Counted from the first letter of the stretch, positions 41,121 to 51,893 are shown. The stretch: 64,000 nt of DNA from Chloroflexota bacterium (GCA_027623675.1 JAQBVF010000001.1:64001-128000), one strand, 5' to 3'. Translations and numbers: made by a program. The notes: generated by a model from the sequence alone, not told the origin.

Positions 41121-42428
41121 TTGGCCCATAGCCCGTTTCCTCAGAGCACCCCACCCGAAGCCAAGGAGCCACGACGGCCGGTCCAGAGACAGAGCAACTT
41201 CTGGGTGGTCTCCAAATATCCTGATTTCCGGTATCTCTGGATCGGCAATTTCTTCATGGTCGGCGCTCAGTGGATCCAGATACTCACAGTGGGCTGGCTG
41301 GTGTTGCAACTGACCGGAGGCAACGCCTTTTTAACCGGCACCGCGGTGGGCATCCGGACCTTCCCCGTCCTGGTCATTGGCCCATGGGCCGGGGTGTTGG
41401 CCGACCGGATAGACCGCCGCAAGCTCGTTATGGTAACCCAGATCTACATGGCGGTGGCGGCATTGGTCTTCGCCTTCATGGTCCTGGCCACGGACCTGGA
41501 TGCCGAGCCGGTGACCGGCTTCCTCAAGTGGTGGCATGCCTTCATCTATATGGGGATCTCGGGCGTGGCCCACTCCATCGTCCAGCCAGTTAGACAGGCC
41601 ATGGTTTCCAACACAGTGCCCATAAAAGACTTGGGCAGCGCGCTGGCGTTGAACGGCATGGCCCACCCAAGCATGCGCATCGCCGGACCCGCCATCGGCG
41701 GATTGCTTATCGCCACCCTGGGGTTCAACTGGAACTTCTTCATCGAAGCGGCGGCCTACGTGACCATAGTCCTCGTCTATATCCCCATGAGACTGCCCTA
41801 CAGTGAGCGTATGACCTCCCGAGGGACCTCTCTGCTGGCGAGCATGCGGGAGGGTCTGGCGTACGTGGTGCAAGAAAAGACCATCCGGCAGTTGATCCTG
41901 ATGGCCGTGATTCCCAACTTGGTGTTCCAGCCGGTGGTTTTCGTGCTTCCCATCTTCACCACCGAGGTGCTGGGCCGCGGGGCCGACGCCGGCGGCATAC
42001 TGGCCGGAGCGGTGGGCGCCGGAGGGATAGTGGCTGCGGTGATCGTGGCCGGCCGCGGGTTCATCATCGGGCGCGGCCCTGCGACGCTGGCGGGGTTGGT
42101 CGGCGGTTGCTTCTTCATCCTGCTATTTTCCCAGTCCACCTGGTATCTCGCGTCGATGGGCTTCCTGGCCGGGCTGGGGTTCTTCCAATACCTATTCCGG
42201 GTGGGCAACAACACCCTGATACAGACCATTGTCCCCGACGCGCTCCGGGGCCGGGTGATGAGCATCTACATGCTGGACAATGGCCTAACTCCACTGGCAA
42301 CCATGGGCATCAGCTTCGCCATATACATCTGGAGTCCCGCCGGAGCGTATACAACGCTGGCTGGGATCAGCCTCTTCTTGGCGGTCCTGCAATTGATGTT
42401 TTTCCGGCGGGTCAGAGAACTGGACTAG
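41121..42428 (+). CDS. MFS transporter (MFS_3/DHA3-like)
   Basis: GVLADRIDRRKL motif A, about 12 TM helices and LRGRVMSIY. Confidence 0.9.
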   Translation: MAHSPFPQSTPPEAKEPRRPVQRQSNFWVVSKYPDFRYLWIGNFFMVGAQWIQILTVGWLVLQLTGGNAFLTGTAVGIRTFPVLVIGPWAGVLADRIDRRKLVMVTQIYMAVAALVFAFMVLATDLDAEPVTGFLKWWHAFIYMGISGVAHSIVQPVRQAMVSNTVPIKDLGSALALNGMAHPSMRIAGPAIGGLLIATLGFNWNFFIEAAAYVTIVLVYIPMRLPYSERMTSRGTSLLASMREGLAYVVQEKTIRQLILMAVIPNLVFQPVVFVLPIFTTEVLGRGADAGGILAGAVGAGGIVAAVIVAGRGFIIGRGPATLAGLVGGCFFILLFSQSTWYLASMGFLAGLGFFQYLFRVGNNTLIQTIVPDALRGRVMSIYMLDNGLTPLATMGISFAIYIWSPAGAYTTLAGISLFLAVLQLMFFRRVRELD

Positions 42429-42578
42429 CCCCAACGCGACTGGACCATTCACCAGATTCGCATCGCCCGCCGGCATCGGCCTTCCCCTCAATCGTGGTCC
42501 ATCGAATAGAACATAGTCGTGGACAAACGATGCTGAATCGCCACGATTATTCACCATTCCAAATCGCAATAAAGCCTA

Positions 42579-42607
42579 TTGACGACTGCGTAGCTATTGT
42601 TTATACT
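42579..42607 (+). promoter_or_regulatory. Sigma70 promoter about 450 bp upstream of dctQ
   Basis: TTGACG-17 bp-TATACT. Confidence 0.55.
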
Positions 42608-43055
42608 TCCGCACCAATCGGGCCTCAGGCAAAACTGGATTTAGCTACGTTTTACAGGTGTATTTCTCCGCATATCACGCAAATGGATATCACATAGCTA
42701 GAAGCATCAATATCATACCGTGCGAAAGTCCATCCGGTGATGACATTACGAAGCTCTCGACACCCGAGAGGAACGCTCCGGGGCGTCACCGGCAGCTAAT
42801 GACGAGCCTACTCGGCGATCTGACCGTAAACGCACCCTCAACTACTAGCCGCCAGCCACAGTCATCAACCTGGCGGTCCAAGTTCCCAAGACTAGTGCCG
42901 CGAATAGGAAGCAAGAAAGAAAGCTCCCACTAACCAAGTACCAGACGAAAATCGGCGACCGGCCCGCATCCAGGGGCCGAAACGCATCATATAGCCTCTT
43001 TCGGGTCCGGCGTGTCCAATCAAAAGGGCCACGATGCCAGTATGGAGGAGACCTC

Positions 43056-43730
43056 TTGAGCGAAGTTGCAGCCGTAGGTCAAGTTGAAGAAGCCCCCAAG
43101 CTGGAAAGGGTACTAGAGGGGCAGTCTACCGCGCTTACCATTCTCAACGCCATGAGAACGCTGACCAGGACTCTGGACCGGACCTACCTGACCATGGGTT
43201 ATATCTGCGGGACGATGTTTCTCCTGTTGGCGTTCTTCATCACCTACCAGGTGATCGCCCGGAAGCTGGGATGGATCATGGCCCCCGGCATGGACCTGAT
43301 GAGCGGTTACACGCTGGCGATGGCCTCTACTTGGGCGTTCTCCTACGCCCTTCGGACCGGTTCCCACGTGCGCATCGACGTCCTGCTGCCGTTCATGTCC
43401 CCCCGGGTCAGGTGGTCGGCGGACTGGCTAGCCCTTTTCTCCATCGCCTTCTTTGCCGGCATCACCTGCTGGAAGACCTGGGTCATGGTATTAAAGTCCT
43501 ACGATATCGGCGCCGTAACCAACACCTATCCGCTTACCCCCCTCTGGATACCCCAGACCGTGGTCGCCGTCGGTTTCAGCATGCTGGCGTTGACCGCGAT
43601 CCACATGATGGTCCACATGATCGCCGAAGCAACGCTGCCCGTTTTCCACAAGTGGCAGGGCGGAACAGAAAGCTACCGTGAGGTCTCCGCCAATTCAATC
43701 TTGACCGAAGAGGTTGCATCCGGAGTATAG
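43056..43730 (+). CDS. dctQ: TRAP transporter small permease
   Basis: Four TM helices, YALRTGSHVRIDVL and TPLWIPQ; TTG start after GGAGG. Confidence 0.9.
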   Translation: MSEVAAVGQVEEAPKLERVLEGQSTALTILNAMRTLTRTLDRTYLTMGYICGTMFLLLAFFITYQVIARKLGWIMAPGMDLMSGYTLAMASTWAFSYALRTGSHVRIDVLLPFMSPRVRWSADWLALFSIAFFAGITCWKTWVMVLKSYDIGAVTNTYPLTPLWIPQTVVAVGFSMLALTAIHMMVHMIAEATLPVFHKWQGGTESYREVSANSILTEEVASGV

Positions 43731-43820
43731 CCGGAAAGCCCTTGCTGGCAACTCGATCAGAACAATTAGTCCCCTTCCGGCGTCGGATACGGCGCCCATA
43801 GATTTGGAGGACCGACAAAG

Positions 43821-45284
43821 ATGGCCATAACCTCAGCGTTCGTAATGATGGGCGGATTTTTCCTGATCGGCTTGTATGTAGCCGGCGCTTTGGGTGTATT
43901 GTCACTGGTCTTGATGTACTTCTTCTCGGATGCTCCCCTGTGGAACATCATGGGGAACAAGGCCTGGGAGACCAACACTAACTTCATCTTGATCGCCGTC
44001 CCGCTCTTCCTTCTGATGGGAGAGTTGATGCTGCGCAGCGGCATGGGCGAGCGGATGTACAGCGCGGTTTCCCGCTGGATATCGTTCCTACCGGGAGGGC
44101 TGATTCACACCAACATCGCCTCCTGCGCCATCTTCGCGGCCTGCTCCGGCTCCAGCGTCGCCACCTCAGCCACCATCAGCCGGGTGTCCCTGCCCACGTT
44201 CCGCACCCGGGGATACAGCGAGCGTTTGGTGATCGGGTCGCTTGCGGCCGGCGGCACCCTTGGCATCTTGATTCCACCCAGCATCGGACTGATTGTCTAC
44301 GGCGTGCTGGTTGAGGAGTCGATCGGGCGCTTGTATCTGGCCGGGTTCATCCCTGGGTTCATGTTGGCCGGCATGATGATGGCCATGATCATCGGCGCAT
44401 CGATCATGTTCCCCAGCATCGCCCCGAAAGAGCCGGGCACGAGTTGGCGGCTGAAGTTTATCGGCCTAATATCCATGATCCCCATCGCCGTCATAATTCT
44501 GGTGGTGCTGGGCTCGATCTACCTGGGCTGGGCGACCCCCACTGAAGCGGCGGCGTTCGGTGTTACCGGGGCGATGATTCTGGCCTTAATCAACAACTCA
44601 GGCCCGCCAATCACGGCCTGGCTGCTCAAGAAGCTGAACAATTCCGGTTCCCAGACGGGCCTCGTCGCCACCTTGCAAGAGAGGTACCCAATCATCGACG
44701 GACAGATGCGCGAGTCTATGACCATCAACTGGGACATGATTAAAGACTCGATCCTTTCCACGGTCAGGACTTCGTCGATGATCATGCTCATTGTCATCGC
44801 GGCGTTCACCCTGAGCTTTGCCTTCGCCCGGCTGGGGATATCTCACGACATCTCCACCTGGATCATCGACATGGACCTCAGCTCGACCCAGCTTGTGATC
44901 GTACTGGTAATCTTCTACCTGCTGCTCGGGACCTTCATGGAGAGCTTCGCCATGCTGGTGACCACGGTGCCCATTTTGGCGCCGGCCCTGGTGGCCACCG
45001 GGGTGGACCTGGTGTGGTTCGGTATCATCATGGTCCTCTTGGTGGAGGCCGCGCTCATCAGCCCTCCTGAGGGCATCAACCTGTACGTGCTCCACGGAGT
45101 GCGCCGGGATGTTCAGGCGGAGATGGAAGAGGCTTCCGGTCTGCAGGAGCAGGCGGGAACCATCACGGATGTTTACATCGGAGTGCTGCCCTTCATGGCG
45201 GTGATGGCGATGATGATTATCCTGTTGATCATCTTCCCAGAGATCGCCCTTTGGCTCCCGGACCAGGTCAAGGGCTCCCGGTAG
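43821..45284 (+). CDS. dctM: TRAP transporter large permease
   Basis: AVPLFLLMG, SGSSVAT, GTLGILIPPS, ATPTEAA and ISPPEG.NLY motifs. Confidence 0.93.
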   Translation: MAITSAFVMMGGFFLIGLYVAGALGVLSLVLMYFFSDAPLWNIMGNKAWETNTNFILIAVPLFLLMGELMLRSGMGERMYSAVSRWISFLPGGLIHTNIASCAIFAACSGSSVATSATISRVSLPTFRTRGYSERLVIGSLAAGGTLGILIPPSIGLIVYGVLVEESIGRLYLAGFIPGFMLAGMMMAMIIGASIMFPSIAPKEPGTSWRLKFIGLISMIPIAVIILVVLGSIYLGWATPTEAAAFGVTGAMILALINNSGPPITAWLLKKLNNSGSQTGLVATLQERYPIIDGQMRESMTINWDMIKDSILSTVRTSSMIMLIVIAAFTLSFAFARLGISHDISTWIIDMDLSSTQLVIVLVIFYLLLGTFMESFAMLVTTVPILAPALVATGVDLVWFGIIMVLLVEAALISPPEGINLYVLHGVRRDVQAEMEEASGLQEQAGTITDVYIGVLPFMAVMAMMIILLIIFPEIALWLPDQVKGSR

Positions 45285-45314
45285 ACCCACCGGCTTCCCG
45301 GCCACCGCAAACAG

Positions 45315-45352
45315 GAAAAGGCCCATCCTTCAGCCGAAGGATGGGCCTTTTC
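45315..45352. terminator. Bidirectional terminator between convergent dctM and SDR genes
   Basis: GAAAAGGCCCATCCTTC-AGCC-GAAGGATGGGCCTTTTC. Confidence 0.85.
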
Positions 45353-45385
45353 TATTGGCTTTGAGTAGCGGTTAGCCGAGCTTGA

Positions 45386-46177
45386 TCACATGACCGACCG
45401 GACCACGCCGCCATCCACCAAGATGGTTGCGCCGGTGGTGTAACTATTCTTCTCCGAGGACAGAAAGGCCACCAGGTCGGCCAACTCCTCGGGGCGTCCC
45501 AAACGCCCCACGGGAATGGTGGCGGAGTGGGCGTGCAGCAGGTCTTCAACGTTGGCGCCAGTGTCCGCCGAACGGGTCTCGAAGATGTGCATCATCCGGT
45601 CGGTTAACAGATATCCTGGCGCCACATTGTTCACCAGGATGTTATCCCGGCCAACCTCGTCGGACAGGCTCTTGGCGAATGCCACGGCGCCCATCCGTGT
45701 CACTCCCGACGTAACCAGGTTGTCGATAGGCTGAAACACCGAACTGGCCAGGACGTTGACTATACGCCCCCAGCCGCCGGCCTTCATGTGCGGAACAGCC
45801 TCCCGGCTCATTCGGATGAAGAACATGAGGGCCATGTCCACCGACTGGGTCCAGACCGCTTCGGTGGTGTCGACGGCCCGGCCCGCGGGCGGCCCACCGG
45901 AGTTATTTACCAAAACGTCGATGCGGCCGAAGTGGTCAACCGTCCTCTGCACCAACCTCTGGATATCCGCCAATTGGGATAGGTCGCCGGCCACGCTCAG
46001 CACGTCGACACCCGTCGCGGCCCGAATCTCCCCTGCGGCTTGGTCCAACTCGCGGGCGTTGCGGCTGCAGACCACCAGGTTCGCGCCCTCCTGGGCCAGC
46101 GAGTCGGCGCAAGCGCGCCCCAGCCCCTTGCTGCCGCCGCCAACTATGGCCACCCGGCCCTTCAGTCCCAGGTCCAT
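45386..46177 (-). CDS. Short-chain dehydrogenase/reductase
   Basis: GGGSKGLG, VNNSGGP, S...R in place of YxxxK, and VDGG. Confidence 0.9.
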   Translation of the reverse strand: MDLGLKGRVAIVGGGSKGLGRACADSLAQEGANLVVCSRNARELDQAAGEIRAATGVDVLSVAGDLSQLADIQRLVQRTVDHFGRIDVLVNNSGGPPAGRAVDTTEAVWTQSVDMALMFFIRMSREAVPHMKAGGWGRIVNVLASSVFQPIDNLVTSGVTRMGAVAFAKSLSDEVGRDNILVNNVAPGYLLTDRMMHIFETRSADTGANVEDLLHAHSATIPVGRLGRPEELADLVAFLSSEKNSYTTGATILVDGGVVRSVM

Positions 46178-46393
46178 CCGTTTCCTCCAAGCCTGCGTGT
46201 TTCTAGTGCCAACATGCTACCAATCGGCTATTCCAGTGGCAACCGGCCTGCGACCCGGTCTTCTATTGACACCCATAGAAGCCTGACATATGCTGGCCCA
46301 AGCCTCAGAATCGGCGCATGCAGGCCCTTCGGCCCGCGCCGAAAATGGGGTGTTTAACCCCTCCCATTCCTCAATCAGCCGCATGGTGAAATC

Positions 46394-47236
46394 TTGAGCA
46401 ACGTAGACCGCATACTGGAAGGCGCCCTGGATATCCACGTGCATTTCGGCCCCGACCCCAGGGTTGAGCGCCGGGCCGGCGCGGTGGAGATCGCCCTACA
46501 GGCCCGGGACATGGGGATGCAGGGGGTGGTCCTAAAGAGCCACGAATACCCCACCCATCCGGTGGCGGCCACCACCAGCGACCTGGTGCCGGACGTTACG
46601 GTCCTGGGCGGCATCGCCCTGGATCATGAGGTTGGCGGGCTCAATCCCAGCGCGGTGGAAGCCACGGCCAACATGGGCGGCCGGATCGTCTGGATGCCAA
46701 CCTACTCGGCCAAAGCGGACCGGGAAGCCAAGGGGCTGGATGGCGGCATCTCCCTGCTGGACGACTCGGGAAAGCTGGTGCCCGAGGTCTACTCCATCCT
46801 GAAAACCATCAAATCCCACGACATGGTCCTGGCGACCGGGCACATATCCACGGCCGAGAGCATGGCTCTAGTGGCGGAAGCCCGCAACATGGACATTCAG
46901 CGGGTGGTGGTCACGCACGGCACCACGATGGCATTCTGGACCGGCATGACAGTTGAGGACATGAAAGCCCTGGCCGGAATGGGGGCGTACATCGAACATT
47001 GCCTGCACGTTGTGATGCCGACCACTCACCGGTTGGACCCCAAGGACCTGGCCAAGACCATCTTGGCCATCGGCCCGGAGAAGTGCATCCTCAGCACCGA
47101 CTTTGGCCAGGACTTTCACCCCATGCCCGCGGAAGGGATGCGGATGGGTATCGCCACCATGCTCCGCTCGGGCCTGGAGGAAGTGGAAGTGGGCATGCTG
47201 GTGAAGGACAACCCTTCCCGGCTGATGGGAACCTAA
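46394..47236 (+). CDS. DUF6282-like amidohydrolase-fold metalloprotein
   Basis: DIHVH.GPD, LKSH, WMPT, ATGH, THG and STDFGQ motifs. Confidence 0.75.
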   Translation: MSNVDRILEGALDIHVHFGPDPRVERRAGAVEIALQARDMGMQGVVLKSHEYPTHPVAATTSDLVPDVTVLGGIALDHEVGGLNPSAVEATANMGGRIVWMPTYSAKADREAKGLDGGISLLDDSGKLVPEVYSILKTIKSHDMVLATGHISTAESMALVAEARNMDIQRVVVTHGTTMAFWTGMTVEDMKALAGMGAYIEHCLHVVMPTTHRLDPKDLAKTILAIGPEKCILSTDFGQDFHPMPAEGMRMGIATMLRSGLEEVEVGMLVKDNPSRLMGT

Positions 47237-47259
47237 ACGGAACCCGGTCCTCGAGCAGG

Positions 47260-48759
47260 CTAGTCTGCCGGGTCCAGGCGAAACCTGAGCCACAGCACCG
47301 GACGACCGGCATCGGCATCGACCTTGGCCCAGTCGGCAATGCGGTGGCCGACCACCCAGGCGATACCCTTTTCGGTCTCCAGCAAGGGCACTTTTCCCCG
47401 CCAGGGCCGTGGCACCCGCAGGTCGGTGAACAGGTCCTGCAATTTCTTCTGCCCCGTCATCCCCAATGGCTGGATACGGTCACCGGGACACCACGTCCGC
47501 ACCGTTGCCCCATCCCCCAGCGCCCTTCGGTCCAAGCGGGCCGTCCACTCGTCCCATACTCCCGTTGCCCAAGCAGGCTCAACGCCAGCCATGCCGAGCT
47601 GCATCCTCAGACTCCAAGGTCCGGCCGAAACCGCAATCGCAGCGCCGGGCGTAGCGGGCAGCTTGATCTGGTATTCGCCGTCAAACTCGGGGTAAGGGCA
47701 GTCCGCCTCCTGCTGGCGGGTAAGGGTCAGGTTCGAGTAGTCCTGCCGGAGGACCACCCCTCCGGGCAACTCCAGTCTCCGGCCCCCGCGCCCGCCCTGG
47801 GCCAGTTCTTCCATCGCCACCAAATGGCTCTCTCGAAGCCGGGTGGCGTCGCCGGTAACCAGAATGTAGCCACGCCGCAGGGCCAGCCTTTGCAGCGCCG
47901 GGTGTATGGCCGCCAACTCCGGCCTGGCAAAGCAGACCTCGTTAACCGGTTGGGAGCTGTCGGCCGGCGTGGTCTCAGCCAAGCCCGGCCACACCCGGTC
48001 CAGTTCCCGCTCCACGAAGTCAAGTTGGTCAGCGGCGGTTCGAGAAAGGCGCACCAGGGCGTTGCGCACCTGCGGGTTATAGTCCTGGGCCAGGCGGGGC
48101 ATAAGGTCCTGGCGCACCCGGTTGCGGGTGAACCGCCACATATAATTCCCGCTGTCGGTCCGGTACGGACGGTCAATCTCGCGGCAGTAGTCGCCGGTCC
48201 GGGCTTTGGTGACATCCAACAGGGGCCGGAACAACTGCAGCCCATCCGAACCGGCGGGCCAGGGCCACTTGGAAACCTCGGCCATGCCCCGGAGACCGTG
48301 CAGACCGGCGCCCCGGAGCACATGGAGCAGCACCGTCTCGGCGAGGTCGTCTGAGGTATGACCCACTGTCACCGCCCGCGCCCCGGCTGCCTTGGCGACC
48401 CGGGCCAAGAAGGCGTACCGCATCTCCCGGGCGCCCTGCTCGAATGACGAGATGCCCCGCTCTCTCTGATACTCGTGGGGGTCTTCTTTAACCACGGTCA
48501 CCGGCAGGCCCAGCTCCCCGGCGATCTGGGCCACGAAAGCCGCGTCGTCCTCGGCCTCCTGGCCCCTAAAGTTGTGGTTCAGGTGGGCGACGTGCAGCGA
48601 CAGGCCGTGGGCTTCTTTCAGGCGGTCCAGGGCGTAGAGCAGGGCGGAGGAATCGGGGCCGCCAGACGCGCCGACGACGAGAGTGGCGCCGGAGTTGGAG
48701 TAGCCGGCCCGCTGTAGCGCAGACGCCACCTGTCGTTCTAGATCGGCGGCGTTGGCCAA
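47260..48759 (-). CDS. tilS: tRNA(Ile)-lysidine synthetase
   Basis: SGGPDS PP-loop, AHLNH.FRG, GHTSDDLAET, RNRVR and a C-terminal KKLQDLF..VP. TTG start is estimated. Confidence 0.93.
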   Translation of the reverse strand: MANAADLERQVASALQRAGYSNSGATLVVGASGGPDSSALLYALDRLKEAHGLSLHVAHLNHNFRGQEAEDDAAFVAQIAGELGLPVTVVKEDPHEYQRERGISSFEQGAREMRYAFLARVAKAAGARAVTVGHTSDDLAETVLLHVLRGAGLHGLRGMAEVSKWPWPAGSDGLQLFRPLLDVTKARTGDYCREIDRPYRTDSGNYMWRFTRNRVRQDLMPRLAQDYNPQVRNALVRLSRTAADQLDFVERELDRVWPGLAETTPADSSQPVNEVCFARPELAAIHPALQRLALRRGYILVTGDATRLRESHLVAMEELAQGGRGGRRLELPGGVVLRQDYSNLTLTRQQEADCPYPEFDGEYQIKLPATPGAAIAVSAGPWSLRMQLGMAGVEPAWATGVWDEWTARLDRRALGDGATVRTWCPGDRIQPLGMTGQKKLQDLFTDLRVPRPWRGKVPLLETEKGIAWVVGHRIADWAKVDADAGRPVLWLRFRLDPAD

Positions 48760-48772
48760 GATTGGTATCCGG

Positions 48773-49390
48773 TTACCGGTTTTCAGGGGACAGGTGGCTG
48801 GTGGAGTTATAGGAGATGAGCCGGCGGCCCCGGTCGTCGCTGTCAAACTTGCAGACCGATGCCAGGTCCAATGACATGCGGTGGAAGTTCGCCAGGGGCA
48901 CCCCCAGCAGCTTACCAACGATGCAGCGGATGGCGAAATTGTGGGAGATAACCACGACTGAATCTTCGCCGGCGTGTTTCTGCTCGATACCGAGGATCGC
49001 CTGCCAGGTCCGTTCGCGAAGTTGGACCAGCGACTCGCCGTTGGGCAAGAGCACGGTCTCCGGATGCGAGCGCCATTCCGAGATGAACTCGGGCCAGCCA
49101 ACCCGCATCTCATCTCCGGTCACCCCTTCCAGGTCACCCAGGGAGAGCTCTTTCAGGCCGGGCTCCTGGTGGATGGTCACCGGAGTCACCGCCGCCAACT
49201 CTTCGGCGACCTTTACGGTCCTCTGCAGCGGACTCGTGTAGATGGCGTTCATGCCCCAGCCGGCGGCGGCCTGGGCCGTCTCTTTGGCCTGGGACAGACC
49301 ACGCTCGTTAAGCTCGATGTCCTCGTGACCCTGGAAACGGCCCAGCTTGTTCCATTCAGTCTCGCCGTGACGCACCAGAAAGAACCTCAT
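48773..49390 (-). CDS. Histidine phosphatase family protein
   Basis: RHGETEWN, SPLQR, GES and VISH motifs. Confidence 0.9.
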   Translation of the reverse strand: MRFFLVRHGETEWNKLGRFQGHEDIELNERGLSQAKETAQAAAGWGMNAIYTSPLQRTVKVAEELAAVTPVTIHQEPGLKELSLGDLEGVTGDEMRVGWPEFISEWRSHPETVLLPNGESLVQLRERTWQAILGIEQKHAGEDSVVVISHNFAIRCIVGKLLGVPLANFHRMSLDLASVCKFDSDDRGRRLISYNSTSHLSPENR

Positions 49391-50718
49391 CGATTTGAAC
49401 CCGGATCCGGGCGGGGGCCAGGCTCGATCCGGCCTAAGTCGGCCCCATGATTTATCCGACGCACTTCCACTTCTTCGATCCTGACCCCTTCCATAACCTT
49501 GATGGTTATGCGCAGGCCTCCGAATTCCATGACATCCCCAACCTCGGGGATGCTGCCCAGGCGGTCCAGGATATATCCGGCCAACGTCTGGTAATCACCT
49601 TCCGGGATTCCCAGTTCCAATTCTTCGTTGATATCAGAGATTGCCAGACCCGCGTCCATGCGGAACCGCCCGCGGCCCAAGGCGGTAACCGCTTCTTCAG
49701 GAGCTGAGCCTTCATCGCCCATCTGGCCGACGATCACAGCCATCATCTCTTTCATGGTCGCCAAGCCGGCGATGCCGCCGAACTCGTCCACGGTGAGCAC
49801 CATGCTATGCCCGCCCTCTCGCATCTCGTTGAAGGTCTCGCTGACACTCTTGGTCTCGGGGACGAAGAAGGCCGGCCTGATCTGGTCGGTGGCCGCCACT
49901 CCAGAATCTCCGCCGGATTCCCGTTGCAGGTCGCGCACTCCGGCCAGAACGTCCTTCACCGAAAGAACCCCCACCACGTTCTCCATCGACCCTTCATACA
50001 CGGGGAACCGGGTGTGGGTGTTCTCGGAATAGATGGACAGGAACTCGTCCAGATTTGAGCCATTCTCGATCCAGATTATCTCCGGCCGGGGCGTCATGAT
50101 CTCCCGCATCTGTCGGTCGCCGAATCGGAATACTTTCTCCAGCAGAGCGGCTTCACCAGCCTCCACCGTTCCGGTCTGGGCGCCGGCGGCAATCATGGTG
50201 CGAATCTCTTCCTCACCCATCAGGGGCGTCGACACGGTGATGCCGAGCACCCGGTTGCTCAGGGTGCTGAAGAGTTGGAGCAGCGTCACCAGGGGTGAAA
50301 GGGCTAGCTCGAACAGCCGGATGGGCCGGGACACCGCGAACGCGACGCGCTCGGAACGCCGCCAGGCTACGTTCTTGGGCAACGTTTCGCCGAACAGTAG
50401 CAGGAACGTGGTCACGCCGGCGGTGGCGATCAGTACGGACAAGCTCTCGTTGGCAAACAGGTTCAGGGCCAAGACGGTGGCCAGGGCGGCGGCGGCGGTG
50501 TTAACCAGATTGTTGCCCAGCAGCACTGTCGCCAGGAAACGCTCGGGACGCTGGATGATGTGGGAGACGCGGTCCGCGCCTGGCCGTCCGCTACGGACCA
50601 GGTGCATGAGACGCGCCCGTGGGAGAGCGATAAACGCGGTCTCAGACGCAGAGAAGAATCCGGATAAGGCTAGACTAACTATTAATAATGCTATACGCCA
50701 TGTATCACCGGCTTCCAT
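49387..50718 (-). CDS. CNNM/hemolysin-family protein (DUF21-CBS-CorC)
   Basis: FFSASETA, GETLPK, IMTPR, VDEFGG and YQTLAG; ATG 50718 follows GGAGG. Confidence 0.9.
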   Translation of the reverse strand: MEAGDTWRIALLIVSLALSGFFSASETAFIALPRARLMHLVRSGRPGADRVSHIIQRPERFLATVLLGNNLVNTAAAALATVLALNLFANESLSVLIATAGVTTFLLLFGETLPKNVAWRRSERVAFAVSRPIRLFELALSPLVTLLQLFSTLSNRVLGITVSTPLMGEEEIRTMIAAGAQTGTVEAGEAALLEKVFRFGDRQMREIMTPRPEIIWIENGSNLDEFLSIYSENTHTRFPVYEGSMENVVGVLSVKDVLAGVRDLQRESGGDSGVAATDQIRPAFFVPETKSVSETFNEMREGGHSMVLTVDEFGGIAGLATMKEMMAVIVGQMGDEGSAPEEAVTALGRGRFRMDAGLAISDINEELELGIPEGDYQTLAGYILDRLGSIPEVGDVMEFGGLRITIKVMEGVRIEEVEVRRINHGADLGRIEPGPRPDPGSNR

Positions 50719-50864
50719 TATCGGAGGCCACCTCCATAGACCTCGAAAAGTTGCCGCTTGGCAATATCGGGTCTGTTCACGATGATAGCATCGGTCGTAA
50801 ATTAGTGTAAAGTTGAACGCAGACCGGCATATCAACCACAGCCATAGATACTCACCAACGAACA

Positions 50865-51893
50865 ATGACGACAAAGATACTTGGCATAGAAACATCTTGC
50901 GACGAAACGGCGGCGGGGGTTGTTGAAGACGGGCACAATCTTCTATCAAACGTCATCTCATCTCAGACCGACCTGCATGCGGCCACCGGCGGCGTGGTGC
51001 CCGAGGTTGCGTCACGGCAGCATATACACGACCTGGTCCCCGTGTTGGAGCAGGCCGCCGCCGATTCCGGCTACGGGCTGGAAGATATGGACGCCATCGC
51101 CGTAACCTACGGGCCGGGACTGGCCGGGTCTTTAATCACGGGACTGAACGCCGCCAAGGCCATCTCCTACTCCCTGGGGATACCTTTGATCGGCGTGAAC
51201 CACCTTGAGGGACACATCTACGCTTCTTGGTTGGCCCACTCGGACCTGGCCGACGACCCCGGCTTTCCGCTCGCCTGCCTGGTGGCGTCGGGAGGCCACA
51301 CCGACCTGCTACTGATGGAAGGGCACGGCCGGTACAAGCTGGTGGGCCGTTCCCGCGACGACGCGGCCGGCGAAGCCTTCGACAAGGCGGCCCGTATCCT
51401 GGGGCTGGGCTTCCCTGGCGGCCCGGAGATACAGCGGGTATCCCAAGGGGCCACCGGCGAAGAGAGGCTGCCCCGCGCTTGGATGAAAGACACTTTGGAT
51501 TTCAGCTTCAGCGGACTGAAGACCGCCCTGCTGCACATGGCCCAGGACCGTGGCGTCTACCCGTCTCCGCAAGAAGGGACGGACGCGGCGCGGCTGGTGC
51601 GCGAGATGGCGGCGGCGTTCCAGGAGTCTGTGGTCGACGTCATATCGTCCAAGTTGATCAGCATGGCGTCCGACTACAAGGTCAAGGGATTGGTGTTGGG
51701 CGGCGGCGTGACGGCCAATTCCCGTCTGCGTGAGGAGATCGTCAGGCGTTCACCTCTGCCGGTGGTCATACCTCCGCCGGTCCTCTGCACCGACAACGGA
51801 GCCATGATCGCGGCCTGCGGCTACTTCCAATTCAAACGGGGTGAAGAGACGGCTCTGGACATAGATGTGGACCCCGGACTGCCCCTGGGTTAG
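50865..51893 (+). CDS. tsaD: tRNA N6-threonylcarbamoyltransferase
   Basis: GIETSCDET, HLEGH, SGGHT, DDAAGEAFDK, FSFSGLKT and TDNGAMI motifs. Confidence 0.97.
   Translation: MTTKILGIETSCDETAAGVVEDGHNLLSNVISSQTDLHAATGGVVPEVASRQHIHDLVPVLEQAAADSGYGLEDMDAIAVTYGPGLAGSLITGLNAAKAISYSLGIPLIGVNHLEGHIYASWLAHSDLADDPGFPLACLVASGGHTDLLLMEGHGRYKLVGRSRDDAAGEAFDKAARILGLGFPGGPEIQRVSQGATGEERLPRAWMKDTLDFSFSGLKTALLHMAQDRGVYPSPQEGTDAARLVREMAAAFQESVVDVISSKLISMASDYKVKGLVLGGGVTANSRLREEIVRRSPLPVVIPPPVLCTDNGAMIAACGYFQFKRGEETALDIDVDPGLPLG

Noticed and set aside
42795..42822. CTAATGA-hairpin as a hammerhead ribozyme core
   Set aside because: It lacks the exact CUGANGA and GAAA core and the flanking stems.
48760..49113. 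N-terminal extension of the tilS ORF (617 aa in the track)
   Set aside because: It overlaps the phosphatase gene in another frame; TilS homology starts near 48759.
50719..50949. N-terminal extension of the CNNM ORF overlapping tsaD
   Set aside because: The real start is ATG 50718 with an RBS; the extension crosses the divergent promoter region.
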